Below, in pieces: positions 17,427 to 26,218 of a stretch of 31,536 bases of DNA. The notes beneath the pieces are model-generated. The model worked only from the letters and a program-made list of their open reading frames with translations. It was not told the origin of the DNA and did not search any database. Location of the stretch: positions 1 through 31,536 of the forward strand of contig CAZPLO010000015.1 in NCBI GenBank assembly GCA_964587725.1. The letters run 5' to 3'. Each line of letters opens with the position of its first letter. Position 1 is the first letter of the stretch. This stretch comes from an uncultured archaeon (lineage in GTDB: Archaea > Altiarchaeota > Altiarchaeia > IMC4 > SCGC-AAA252-I15). The position numbers were made by a program, and so were the translations under genes.

Positions 17427-18673
17427 GGTATACATCCAGCAGCCCAGGCGAACGGGCGGAGATGCTGGAGTACCTCGGAGCCGAAGACGTCGGGGAACTC
17501 TACTCGGACGTCCCAGACGGCATACTGTTGGAGAAACTGGAGTTGCCTGATGGGTTGAGCGAGCAGATGGTGTGGGGGCACATGAGCTCCCTAGCCGGGG
17601 AGAACGAGACGCCCGTGTCCTTCCTCGGCGCAGGATACTACAGACATTACATACCTGCTGCGGTGGATGAAATCATCTCACGCAGCGAATTCTACACTTC
17701 GTATACGCCGTATCAGGCGGAGGTCAGCCAGGGCGTCCTCCAGGCATTGTTCGAGTACCAGAGCATGATGTGCGAGCTCACCGGGCAGGAAGTCTGCAAC
17801 GCCACCATGTACGACGGCTCCACCGCGTTGGCTGAGGCCGCGGTGATGGCGCATAGGATAAACGGCAAAGAGAGGATAGTGGTATCGGATACGCTGCACC
17901 CCCACTACATACAGGTGCTCAAAACATACTGTGAGGCGGGCGACCTCACGTTGGAGGTTGCGGATTCAGAAGACGGTATGTCCCAGCTGAAGGCGGACGA
18001 CCAAACATCCGCAGTCGTTGTTCAGACACCCAACTACTACGGCATACTGGAGAATGTTGGAAGCTATAAGGATGTCGTGTCCATTGCATGCATAGTGGAG
18101 CCGACGTCGCTTGGGCTGGTGAAACCCCCCAAGGCGGATATCACTGTCGGCGAAGGACAGGCGTTCGGCAACCCCGTCTCATACGGGGGGCCGTCGCTGG
18201 GCATATTCGCGTCCAAGATGAAGTATGTGCGGGATATGCCCGGCCGCCTGGTGGGTGAAACAGTCGACGAAGACGGCAGAAGAGGTTTTGCGCTGACGCT
18301 GCAGGCGCGGGAACAGCACATAAGAAGGGAGAAGGCGACGTCGAACATCTGCACGTCGCAGAGCCTCTGCGGCATAGCCGCCGCAGTACACCTCGCATTA
18401 TTGGGGCCGGAGGGGCTGAAGCGGGTTGCGCTGAGGAGTCACTTGAACGCAGTGTACTTGATGGAGAAGCTGTCCAGAATCAAGGGTTTCAAGCTGAGGT
18501 ATGATAAGCCGTTCTACAACGAGTTCCTCATGGACTGCCCCGACGGCACAGCAGACAGAATACGGGATGCGGGGGTGACGCCGGGCCTGGAAGTCGACGG
18601 CGGCATGCTGTTCTGCACCACCGAACTCCAGGGGAGAGAAGACCTGGACCGGGTGGCGGAGGTGCTTCGGTGA
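17423..18673 (+). CDS. gcvPA: Glycine decarboxylase P protein subunit 1
   Basis: [49 protein letters not shown] overlap with gcvH. Confidence 0.97.
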   Translation: MRYTSSSPGERAEMLEYLGAEDVGELYSDVPDGILLEKLELPDGLSEQMVWGHMSSLAGENETPVSFLGAGYYRHYIPAAVDEIISRSEFYTSYTPYQAEVSQGVLQALFEYQSMMCELTGQEVCNATMYDGSTALAEAAVMAHRINGKERIVVSDTLHPHYIQVLKTYCEAGDLTLEVADSEDGMSQLKADDQTSAVVVQTPNYYGILENVGSYKDVVSIACIVEPTSLGLVKPPKADITVGEGQAFGNPVSYGGPSLGIFASKMKYVRDMPGRLVGETVDEDGRRGFALTLQAREQHIRREKATSNICTSQSLCGIAAAVHLALLGPEGLKRVALRSHLNAVYLMEKLSRIKGFKLRYDKPFYNEFLMDCPDGTADRIRDAGVTPGLEVDGGMLFCTTELQGREDLDRVAEVLR

Positions 18674-20109
18674 AGACGCTGAAGGAACTGAGCGTTCCCG
18701 GAAGGGCCGGGGTTCTCCCGCCGGAGCCCGACGTTGACGTCGAACCCGGAATACCTGATGGCATAAAACGTACAGACATTAGTCTCCCGGAGCTTTCAGC
18801 CGTTGACGTCGTCAGGCATTACACGAACTTGAGCAAACTCAACTACGGGGTCGACACCGGAGTCTACCCGCTCGGCTCATGCACGATGAAATACAACCCA
18901 AAGGTCAGTGAGAAGGCTGTGCGTCTGCCTGGGTTCGCGGACATACACCCCATGCAATCCAGTGAACAGGTGCAGGGGGTGTTGAAGGTGATGCACGACC
19001 TCGAAAGAATGCTTTGTGAGGTAACGGGCATGGACGCGTACACCCTGCAGCCCGCCGCAGGAGCCCACGGGGAGCTCACGGGCATAATGCTGATTAAGGC
19101 GTACTTCAAAGACAGAGGCGAAAAACGGGGTAAGATTATCGTGCCAGACAGCAGCCACGGCACCAACCCCGCGTCCGCAGCATACTGCGGATACGACGTC
19201 ATAGTCACGGAGTCCGACGAAAAAGGAGACCTGGACCTCGACGACCTCCGCGAACACATGACCGGGGACGTCGCCGGACTGATGCTGACGAACCCCAACA
19301 CCCTGGGACTGTTCGACGAAAACATATGCGAGATAACCGAGGTAGTGCATGAAAGAGGAGGTCTCGTGTATTATGACGGCGCGAACATGAACGCGATAAT
19401 GGGTTGGGCGCGGCCCGGCGACATGGGCTACGACATCGTGCACCTGAACCTGCACAAGACGTTCGCGACGCCCCACGGCGGCGGCGGACCCGGTTCGGGG
19501 CCCGTGGGCGTGAACGGGCGGCTGGAGCCGTTTCTGCCGGTTCCCAGGGTGGTGGAGGAAGACGGCGTCTACCGCCTGGATGACGGCAGGCCTAAAAGCA
19601 TCGGCAGGGTGAGAGCGGCCTGCGGCAATTTTGGAGTGATGGTGCGGGCCTACGCCTACATGAAGGCTTTGGGCGGGCCGGGGCTGCGGGATGCGAGCGC
19701 GCAGGCGGTGTTGAACGCCAACTACCTCAAGGAGCGGCTGAAGAAACACTACGACCTCCCCTATGACAGGACGTGCATGCACGAGTTCGTGCTGTCAGGG
19801 AGAAGGCAGGCACACGAACACGGCGTACACACACTCGACATCGCCAAACGACTGTTGGATTATGGAGTCCACGCACCCACCATCTATTTCCCGTTGATTG
19901 TGGAGGAGGCGATGATGATAGAGCCTACGGAAACGGAGGGCAAGGCTACGCTGGACGAATTCGCGGACATCATGATAAAGATTTCTGGGGAGTGTGAGGA
20001 AGAGCCGGATGTTGTGAAGACTGCGCCGCACGACACGCCGGTGCGCCGGTTAGACGACACCCTCGCCGCCAGGAAGCCGGTGCTGCAGTGGAACCAGGTG
20101 AGAACGTGA
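18670..20109 (+). CDS. gcvPB: Glycine decarboxylase P protein subunit 2
   Basis: [30 protein letters not shown]-Lys motif [26 protein letters not shown]. Confidence 0.97.
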   Translation: MKTLKELSVPGRAGVLPPEPDVDVEPGIPDGIKRTDISLPELSAVDVVRHYTNLSKLNYGVDTGVYPLGSCTMKYNPKVSEKAVRLPGFADIHPMQSSEQVQGVLKVMHDLERMLCEVTGMDAYTLQPAAGAHGELTGIMLIKAYFKDRGEKRGKIIVPDSSHGTNPASAAYCGYDVIVTESDEKGDLDLDDLREHMTGDVAGLMLTNPNTLGLFDENICEITEVVHERGGLVYYDGANMNAIMGWARPGDMGYDIVHLNLHKTFATPHGGGGPGSGPVGVNGRLEPFLPVPRVVEEDGVYRLDDGRPKSIGRVRAACGNFGVMVRAYAYMKALGGPGLRDASAQAVLNANYLKERLKKHYDLPYDRTCMHEFVLSGRRQAHEHGVHTLDIAKRLLDYGVHAPTIYFPLIVEEAMMIEPTETEGKATLDEFADIMIKISGECEEEPDVVKTAPHDTPVRRLDDTLAARKPVLQWNQVRT

Positions 20110-20942
20110 AGCCGGACTGGCTTAAGGTGAGGGTCGGCGGCGAAGGCGACTTCGCACGCGTGAAAAAGGTCCTGGAGAAGCACGGCCTGCGCACAGTATG
20201 TGAGGAGGCCCGCTGCCCCAACCGGGGGGAGTGCTGGGGCGCGGGAACAGCAACGTTCATGATACTCGGCAGCGTGTGCACGAGGAACTGCGGTTTCTGC
20301 GCCGTGAAAAACGGCAGTGAAGGAGAATCTGTCGAGGGCGATGAACCGCAGCGTCTAGCCGACGCGGTGAGGGAGCTGGGCCTCGAATACGTGGTGTTGA
20401 CTTCCGTGGACCGTGATGACCTGCCGGACAAGGGCGCCGGCCATTATGCAGACTGCATACGGGCGGTGAAGGGGACGGGCGCGAAGGTTGAGGCGCTGAT
20501 ACCCGACTACGTCGGCAGTGAACTGAGGGCTGTGGTGAAGGCGGGGCCGGACGTATTAGCCCACAACCTGGAGGTTGTGCGGCGGCTGCAGCACATCCGG
20601 GATGGTAGGACCTCCTATGACGGGAGCCTGCGGACCCTGGCGGAGGCGAAGATGCTCGACGAAGAATTGAAGACCAAATCCTCTATCATGCTGGGGTTGG
20701 GTGAAACCAGATGGGATGTGCTGTCCGCCATGGACGACCTGCGGTCGGTGGACTGCGACATCCTCGTCCTAGGCCAGTATTTGCAGCCGACGAAACAGCA
20801 GGTGCCTGCGGAGGAATACGTGACGCCGGAACAGTTCAGGGAATACGGAGAGATAGCGTTGGAGAAGGGGTTCAAGGAGGTGGTGTCCGAACCCCTGGCG
20901 AGAACCAGCTACCACGCCGCAGACACCTTGAAGAATTTATAG
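20106..20942 (+). CDS. lipA: Lipoyl synthase
   Basis: [12 protein letters not shown], radical [33 protein letters not shown] overlap with gcvPB. Confidence 0.97.
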   Translation: MKPDWLKVRVGGEGDFARVKKVLEKHGLRTVCEEARCPNRGECWGAGTATFMILGSVCTRNCGFCAVKNGSEGESVEGDEPQRLADAVRELGLEYVVLTSVDRDDLPDKGAGHYADCIRAVKGTGAKVEALIPDYVGSELRAVVKAGPDVLAHNLEVVRRLQHIRDGRTSYDGSLRTLAEAKMLDEELKTKSSIMLGLGETRWDVLSAMDDLRSVDCDILVLGQYLQPTKQQVPAEEYVTPEQFREYGEIALEKGFKEVVSEPLARTSYHAADTLKNL

Positions 20943-20981
20943 CTTTCATTTAAAAATTAAACGGAAGATATGAAACGTTGG

Positions 20982-21146
20982 TCATAACCGTATCTTCACC
21001 ATCGCCTGCAGGTACGCCAGGGCGACGGTGAGCCACCCGATTATCTGGTACGGCCAGTCCGTGTAGAACACGACCATGAACCCCACCAGGAACAACGCCA
21101 GCCCCGACGGTGTGCAGAGGGGGCAGCCGGGGCCCGCGCACACCAT
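20982..21146 (-). CDS. Small 2-TM membrane protein with an N-terminal Cx4Cx2C motif
   Basis: MVCAGPGCPLCTP followed by two hydrophobic helices, 54 aa. AT-rich promoter-like sequence upstream. ATG at 21176 is an alternative start. Confidence 0.6.
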   Translation of the reverse strand: MVCAGPGCPLCTPSGLALFLVGFMVVFYTDWPYQIIGWLTVALAYLQAMVKIRL

Positions 21147-21224
21147 TATATTGCTGGATTTAGATATTTCATTCATTTCTTAGTTTATAATATGTTTCTG
21201 CCATATGGTTATATAGAGGTTAAA

Positions 21225-21473
21225 ATGTCCGAGGTTTTAGTCAACATACACATTGAGGAGCTGGACGGTGGTGGATATCTCGCCACAAGCGATAGTGTCC
21301 GGGGGTTGGTGGCTCAGGGTAGGACTATAACCGAGACTTTGTAGATAGCCCGTGACGTAGCCCGAAAACTCATAGAGTCTTGTATTGAATGCGGTGACCC
21401 ACTGCCGGTCTCAAAGAATAAAAAAGGCAGTAAGTTCATCCACGATATGGAGATTCCCGTAGCCGTCGGATGA
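21225..21473 (+). pseudogene. hicB: HicB-family antitoxin with an in-frame amber stop at codon 40
   Basis: MSEVLVNIHIEELDGGGYLATSDSVRGLVAQGRTITETL*IARDVARKLIESCIECGDPLP... with TAG at 21342-21344. GAGGT SD upstream. The frame continues to a TGA that overlaps the hicA ATG. Confidence 0.88.
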
Positions 21474-21700
21474 TGACCCGTTTAACATCCCACACCGCCT
21501 CCGACGTTATAAAGAAACGTAAGAAAGCAGGGTTTGTATTCGACCGCCAGGCAAAGGGGAGCCATGAGATATGGTATAACCCTGTTACAAAAGATAGGAC
21601 AACCGTCCCGAACCACCCTGGGAAAAACCTACACGTCAAAACATTAAGCGCGATAATCAAACAAGCAGGCCTGACAACCAAGGAATTCATGGAACTGTAA
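21470..21700 (+). CDS. hicA: HicA-family mRNA interferase toxin
   Basis: KAGFVFDRQAKGSHEIW...TTVPNHPG...TLSAIIKQAGL. Confidence 0.92.
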   Translation: MMTRLTSHTASDVIKKRKKAGFVFDRQAKGSHEIWYNPVTKDRTTVPNHPGKNLHVKTLSAIIKQAGLTTKEFMEL

Positions 21701-21702
21701 CT

Positions 21703-21810
21703 TCATTCCTCTTCTTCCCCGTCGTCGAGGCCTTCCCCTATTTCTTCTACGCCTTTTTTGGTGAGTAGGGTGGCTGCTATGCCGCCTAAGACACCCCATG
21801 GACCTGCCAT
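21703..21810 (-). CDS. Possible 35-aa microprotein or gene remnant
   Basis: MAGPWGVLGGIAATLLTKKGVEEIGEGLDDGEEEE, with an AT-rich divergent spacer upstream. Confidence 0.3.
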   Translation of the reverse strand: MAGPWGVLGGIAATLLTKKGVEEIGEGLDDGEEEE

Positions 21811-21838
21811 GTATAATAACAGTGGATATAATACTAAA

Positions 21839-22108
21839 ATGATGATTGGGCGGACGGTGCGGAAGGTTCCGGGGGGGAAGCTGCTGAAGGTGACCGTGGA
21901 ATATGAAGGCATTGCATTAAAGTCTGTGAGGGTTAACGGGGACTTCTTCGCCCACCCCGAAGACGGGATAGAACGGCTTGAGAAGAGATTAGCGGGCGTG
22001 AAGGTGGAGGACGTCGACGGGGTTGTGACGGAGTCGCTGGAAGACGTGGAACTATACGGGGTTGACGTCCGGTCGATAACGGACGCAATCCTGGAGGCTG
22101 CAGGGTGA
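21839..22108 (+). CDS. Lipoate-protein ligase accessory subunit (stand-alone C-terminal domain, LplB-like)
   Basis: RKVPGGKLLKV...VNGDFFAHPEDGIERLEKRLAG. Overlaps the lplA start. Confidence 0.87.
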   Translation: MMIGRTVRKVPGGKLLKVTVEYEGIALKSVRVNGDFFAHPEDGIERLEKRLAGVKVEDVDGVVTESLEDVELYGVDVRSITDAILEAAG

Positions 22109-22857
22109 ATGCGAGGTTCCTCGACACCGGATATGGCAGCGCGTACTTTAACATGGGGTTGGATGAGAGCGTGTTAAAGCATGTGAGCGAAGGGAAAAGT
22201 CCGGCGACGCTGCGGTTCTACGCGTGGAAGCCGCCGGCGGTGTCGATAGGTTACTTCCAGAGCCTCGCGGATGAAGTGGATGAGGGCGCATGCCGGAGCA
22301 GGGGAGTGGATGTTGTGCGGCGGATGACAGGAGGCGGCGCAGTATACCACGACCGTGAATTAACGTACAGTTACATAGCGCCGGAAGACACGGCGCCCGA
22401 CGACATACTCGAAAGCTACAGGCTCATATGCGGGGGACTGGTGGAAGGATTCAAACTGTTGGGCGTGGACGCCGGGTTCGCGCCGTTGAACGACATCGTC
22501 ACAGGAGGTAAAAAAATCAGCGGGAACGCGCAGACCCGGAAAATGAAGTGCGTGCTGCAGCACGGCACCGTACTGTTGGGTGTGGACGCGAAGGAAATGT
22601 TCACGCTGTTGAAGGTTCCCAGCGAAAAAATCAGGGACAAGATGATAGCGGCTGTGGAGGAGCGGGTGACTTCCGTGGAGGACGTTTTAAACCAGGAAAC
22701 ATCATACAGTAAGGCGGCGGCGGCCTTCAGAAAAGGTTTTGAACGGGCTCTGGGGCTGGAGTTAGATGACTCGGAGCCCATGGACAGTGAAGTGGGGCTG
22801 GCGGAGGAATTGGCTTCAAACAAGTATTCGACTGCGGAGTGGAACAATAGAAGATGA
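22105..22857 (+). CDS. lplA: Lipoate-protein ligase A family catalytic subunit
   Basis: NMGLDE, LRFYAW, SIGYFQ, RRMTGGGAVYHD, KKISGNAQ, LQHGT. Confidence 0.92.
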   Translation: MNARFLDTGYGSAYFNMGLDESVLKHVSEGKSPATLRFYAWKPPAVSIGYFQSLADEVDEGACRSRGVDVVRRMTGGGAVYHDRELTYSYIAPEDTAPDDILESYRLICGGLVEGFKLLGVDAGFAPLNDIVTGGKKISGNAQTRKMKCVLQHGTVLLGVDAKEMFTLLKVPSEKIRDKMIAAVEERVTSVEDVLNQETSYSKAAAAFRKGFERALGLELDDSEPMDSEVGLAEELASNKYSTAEWNNRR

Positions 22858-24167
22858 AATACGACGCGGTTGTGGTGGGCGGGGGCCCCGGAGGCTATGA
22901 GGCGGCATTGCAGGTGGCGCGGCTCGGCGGAAAAGCGGCTGTCGTAGAAAAGGATTCAGTGGGGGGCGTCTGCACCAACCGGGGGTGCATACCCACCAAG
23001 GCGTTGGCCGCCGCCTGCGAGGCATATGACACGGTCTCACGGGCGGGGCGGCTCGGCGTGAAAGCTGAGGCGGAGCCGGACGTCCAGGCCATGTTCAAGC
23101 ACAGGGACCGCGTGTCCGCGGTGATGCGGAAGGGCGTTGAGAAGCTGCTGGAGGACGCCGGCGTCGAAGTCGTTGCTGGAACCGGCAGCCTGAAGTCCGC
23201 CCACGAAGTAGAGGTGGGGGGCAGAATCCTGGAGGCGAAGAACATTGTCGTGGCGACGGGGTCGGAGCCCACGGGACTGCCTGGGATTGAGATAGACCAC
23301 GAGTACGTTATCTCCGGAGACGACGCCGCGGTCGCCACAGAGGCTCCAGGGAAGGTTGTCATAGTAGGCGGCGGGTTCATAGGGTGCGAGTACGCGGGAA
23401 TCTACGGGAGGCTCGGGTGTGAGGTCACGTTGGCTGAGGCGCTTCCGAGGGTACTGGCGGCGGAAGACGATGATGTTTCGGAGACGGTCCACAGGATGCT
23501 GTCTAAGCACGTGAAGATAGTGACCGACACCAAGGTCGGGTCGGTGGACAAGGAGAAGATGACCGTCGACGTCGGCGGAGAACAGGTGGATGCGGATGTC
23601 GTATTGCTGGCTGTGGGGAGGAAGCCCGTGTTCCCCGACGGACTGGACAGGGTGGGCGTGGTGCACGGCCGCGACGGGATACGGGTTGATTCGCACATGA
23701 GGACTTCAGTGGACAACATATACGCAGTCGGTGACGTGGCGGAGGGGTTGAACCTCGCGCACGTAGCATACGCCGGAGCGGAAACGGCGGCGGGTAACAT
23801 CATGGGCGGAGACGCTGAAGCAGACTTCATGACCGTGCCGTGGTGCGTGTTCACCCTCCCCGAAGTCGGGAGGGTGGGGGTTACGGAACGGGACGCGGAA
23901 GGAGACGTGAGGGTTGGGCGCTCAGACTACATTGGAAACGGGAAAGCCAGGTGCATGAGGGAGCGGGACGGATTCTGCAAGGTCATAGTGGACGAGTCCG
24001 GAGCCATAGTGGGCGTCCACATGATAGGCGCTCACGCGTCCGACCTCATAGGGGAGGCGACACTGGCTGTGAAGCATAAGCTGACCGCCCGGCAGGTGGC
24101 GGATACCATACACCCGCATCCCACGTTGACCGAAGTGTTCAGGGAGGCGTGCACGCAACTAAGGTGA
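22854..24167 (+). CDS. lpdA: Dihydrolipoamide dehydrogenase (GCS L protein)
   Basis: GGGPGGY, redox disulfide GGVCTNRGCIP, GGGFIGCE, LAHVA, HPHPTLTE. Confidence 0.95.
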   Translation: MKYDAVVVGGGPGGYEAALQVARLGGKAAVVEKDSVGGVCTNRGCIPTKALAAACEAYDTVSRAGRLGVKAEAEPDVQAMFKHRDRVSAVMRKGVEKLLEDAGVEVVAGTGSLKSAHEVEVGGRILEAKNIVVATGSEPTGLPGIEIDHEYVISGDDAAVATEAPGKVVIVGGGFIGCEYAGIYGRLGCEVTLAEALPRVLAAEDDDVSETVHRMLSKHVKIVTDTKVGSVDKEKMTVDVGGEQVDADVVLLAVGRKPVFPDGLDRVGVVHGRDGIRVDSHMRTSVDNIYAVGDVAEGLNLAHVAYAGAETAAGNIMGGDAEADFMTVPWCVFTLPEVGRVGVTERDAEGDVRVGRSDYIGNGKARCMRERDGFCKVIVDESGAIVGVHMIGAHASDLIGEATLAVKHKLTARQVADTIHPHPTLTEVFREACTQLR

Positions 24168-24638
24168 GGGCAGTTCCACGTTGCCCCAGATTCTGCCGGA
24201 ACTCTGGTATACCGTGCCGCCGGTTCGGTTGTCGGTGTATAACATAACCATGTGGGCTTCAAAGCGGCCGCCCGACGGCCCCGCCCACGCGGGGTGGGTG
24301 AGCTCCAGAACCCTGATTTCCCCGGGCGTTATCACGCAGTCGCAGTCGGCGGACGACGTCTGCGCGTCTATGGTGGCGTTGTATTCTCCGACCGTTATGT
24401 TGGCGCCGGCTGTGTTGACGACGCTGACCTGCAGCCGCCCGGCTGAATCCAGGACGAAGTCGTTGCCGTCGTGTATCATAAGACCCCAGAAGCCGAAGCT
24501 CCCGGGCTCCACGCGTTGGCCGATGTTGAAGAGACCCCACTGCCAGAGCACAACCAGCCCCACCAGTATGACCAGCAGCGCCCAGCCGTAGGTCATCAGG
24601 AATTCGAGGGCGCCCTGTCCCCTTCTGTGGGAAGCCAT
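24159..24638 (-). CDS. Class III signal peptide (type IV pilin-like) protein
   Basis: RRGQ-GALEFLMTYGWALLVILV prepilin peptidase motif. Confidence 0.85.
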   Translation of the reverse strand: MASHRRGQGALEFLMTYGWALLVILVGLVVLWQWGLFNIGQRVEPGSFGFWGLMIHDGNDFVLDSAGRLQVSVVNTAGANITVGEYNATIDAQTSSADCDCVITPGEIRVLELTHPAWAGPSGGRFEAHMVMLYTDNRTGGTVYQSSGRIWGNVELPSP

Positions 24639-24669
24639 TGCTATAAATTAGGTTGATTCGAATAAAAGG

Positions 24670-25233
24670 CTACCGGCGGAGCTGTTCGAGCACGTATTCC
24701 TCCTGTTTCCGGAACTGCTCCTCGTCTGCCAGGCGACGAGCCTCCCGGACCGCCTCCAAGGCTTCGTTGAACCTGCCGAGGTACACCAGCGCCCTGGATT
24801 TCCCGTACTGTGCGAAGCCTGTTTTGTCGCCGTTTTTTACCGCGTTCTCGTAGGATTGGAGTGCGTCGTCGACTCTGCCCAGCTCCTCCTCCGCGTTCCC
24901 CTTGCTTATCCAGAAGCCCGGGCGGTGTGGTTTCAGCCGGGCCGCCATGTCGTACGCTGTGACAGCCTTATCATGCTTATCCTGCAGGGTCATGAGTTCG
25001 CCGACGCGGTAGTAAGCCCACGCCGACTCCGGGTTGAGTTCCAGGGCGCGGTCGAACGCGTCGGCTGCGCGGTCGTATTCACCCAGGTTGGTGAACGCCC
25101 AGCCCTTGACGACGTAGAGCATGTGGTCGTCCAGGTGCTCGGCTTCCTCGTCTTCGATGGTCTTCAGTATGGCCATGTAGTCGCCGGTCATCTTAGCCAT
25201 CGCCAGAAGCCGCTGCATCAGGTCTTCCGCCAT
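24670..25233 (-). CDS. Tetratricopeptide repeat protein
   Basis: Four TPR-like units, e.g. KGWAFTNLGEYDRAADAFDRALELNP and KGNAEEELGRVDDALQSYE. Confidence 0.9.
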   Translation of the reverse strand: MAEDLMQRLLAMAKMTGDYMAILKTIEDEEAEHLDDHMLYVVKGWAFTNLGEYDRAADAFDRALELNPESAWAYYRVGELMTLQDKHDKAVTAYDMAARLKPHRPGFWISKGNAEEELGRVDDALQSYENAVKNGDKTGFAQYGKSRALVYLGRFNEALEAVREARRLADEEQFRKQEEYVLEQLRR

Positions 25234-25247
25234 GTTAATGTTTTAAT

Positions 25248-25778
25248 CTATTTCCTTAAAGAATCAACCGCCTTCAGTGCCACCGCCGTCATCTCCGGTA
25301 TGTTGAATGTGCCGGTGTTCAACACCAGGTCATATGCTGTGAGGTCGCTTAAGTCTATGTCGTAGTATTCGAGGTAGCGTCTGCGTTCGCTGCCGTCGCG
25401 GGCCAGTATGTCTTCCCTGGCTTCCTCGACGCTCCCGTATTCTTCCCCCCGTTCGAGCACGCGGGCTGCGCGGACGTCAGCAGGCGCCGTCAGCCAGATG
25501 CTCAAGTCCGGGCCTAGGAAATACCTAGACAGGCGGCCGTCCACGACGCAGTCTCCAGTGGCGGCTTTCTTCTGCCGCTCATCTATTTCGCGGTCGACTT
25601 CCGGATGTTCCTCGGCGTACTTTGAGAACTCCAACAGCGTCAACCCCTGTTCGGCGGCCATGTCCCGCATGACCTTGCCGGCTGACAGATGGGTGAATCC
25701 TAGTTCGTCCGCCAGCGCCTTGGCTAGCGTCGACTTCCCCGATGCTGCTGAGCCGCCGACCGTGACTATCATCTTCAC
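25248..25778 (-). CDS. cmk: Archaeal cytidylate kinase
   Basis: P-loop GSAASGKST, SAGKVMR, DREIDERQ, DGRLS, RYLEYYDID. Confidence 0.93.
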   Translation of the reverse strand: MKMIVTVGGSAASGKSTLAKALADELGFTHLSAGKVMRDMAAEQGLTLLEFSKYAEEHPEVDREIDERQKKAATGDCVVDGRLSRYFLGPDLSIWLTAPADVRAARVLERGEEYGSVEEAREDILARDGSERRRYLEYYDIDLSDLTAYDLVLNTGTFNIPEMTAVALKAVDSLRK

Positions 25779-26206
25779 TCGGACTTCTTTTTAGCCTTCT
25801 TCTTGGGTCTGCTTTTGGGCTTGGACTTCCTCACCTTCCCGGACGACACCTCACCCCACCATCCCCGGGGCAGGTACTTTTCCAGGGTGAGGTCGCGTTC
25901 CACCTGAAGGTCGCCGTACTCCGGGACGGAGTGTTTCACCTCCATGCGGGTCACGTACCTTACCAGGGAGTCCAGGCAGTCGGAGCAGAGGGTGCCCGCG
26001 TACGGCCTAGCCGGCAGTTTCCCGCCTTTGGTGAGGTTCCTCACCTGGGAGGGCCTGTCCGATGCGACTCCGGACAGCTTCTTACCGCATCTCCCGCACA
26101 CCGGTTTCCCGTGTTTCTTGCCGCGGAAATGGGTTGCCGTCCCGCCGCCCGGGGTCCTGCGCTTGACCTTCTTAGCAGACCTGCTTCTCTTCCTTGGTTC
26201 AACCAT
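25775..26206 (-). CDS. rpl34e: 50S ribosomal protein L34e with a long C-terminal extension
   Basis: RRTPGG, CGRC, PARPYAGTLCSDC. Conserved position between DUF106 and cmk. GAGGT SD precedes the ATG at 26206. Confidence 0.92.
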   Translation of the reverse strand: MVEPRKRSRSAKKVKRRTPGGGTATHFRGKKHGKPVCGRCGKKLSGVASDRPSQVRNLTKGGKLPARPYAGTLCSDCLDSLVRYVTRMEVKHSVPEYGDLQVERDLTLEKYLPRGWWGEVSSGKVRKSKPKSRPKKKAKKKSE

Positions 26207-26218
26207 CTTCAACCTCTT

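Noticed and set aside
21342-21344. Genome-wide TAG recoding or pyrrolysine as the explanation for the hicB stop
   Set aside because: TAG terminates nurA, topA, tauE, hypC, mscS, lipA and cmk at their expected ends, and no pyl genes are in the window.
20943-21838. IS element, MITE or integrated element
   Set aside because: No transposase, integrase, terminal inverted repeat or target-site duplication was visible.
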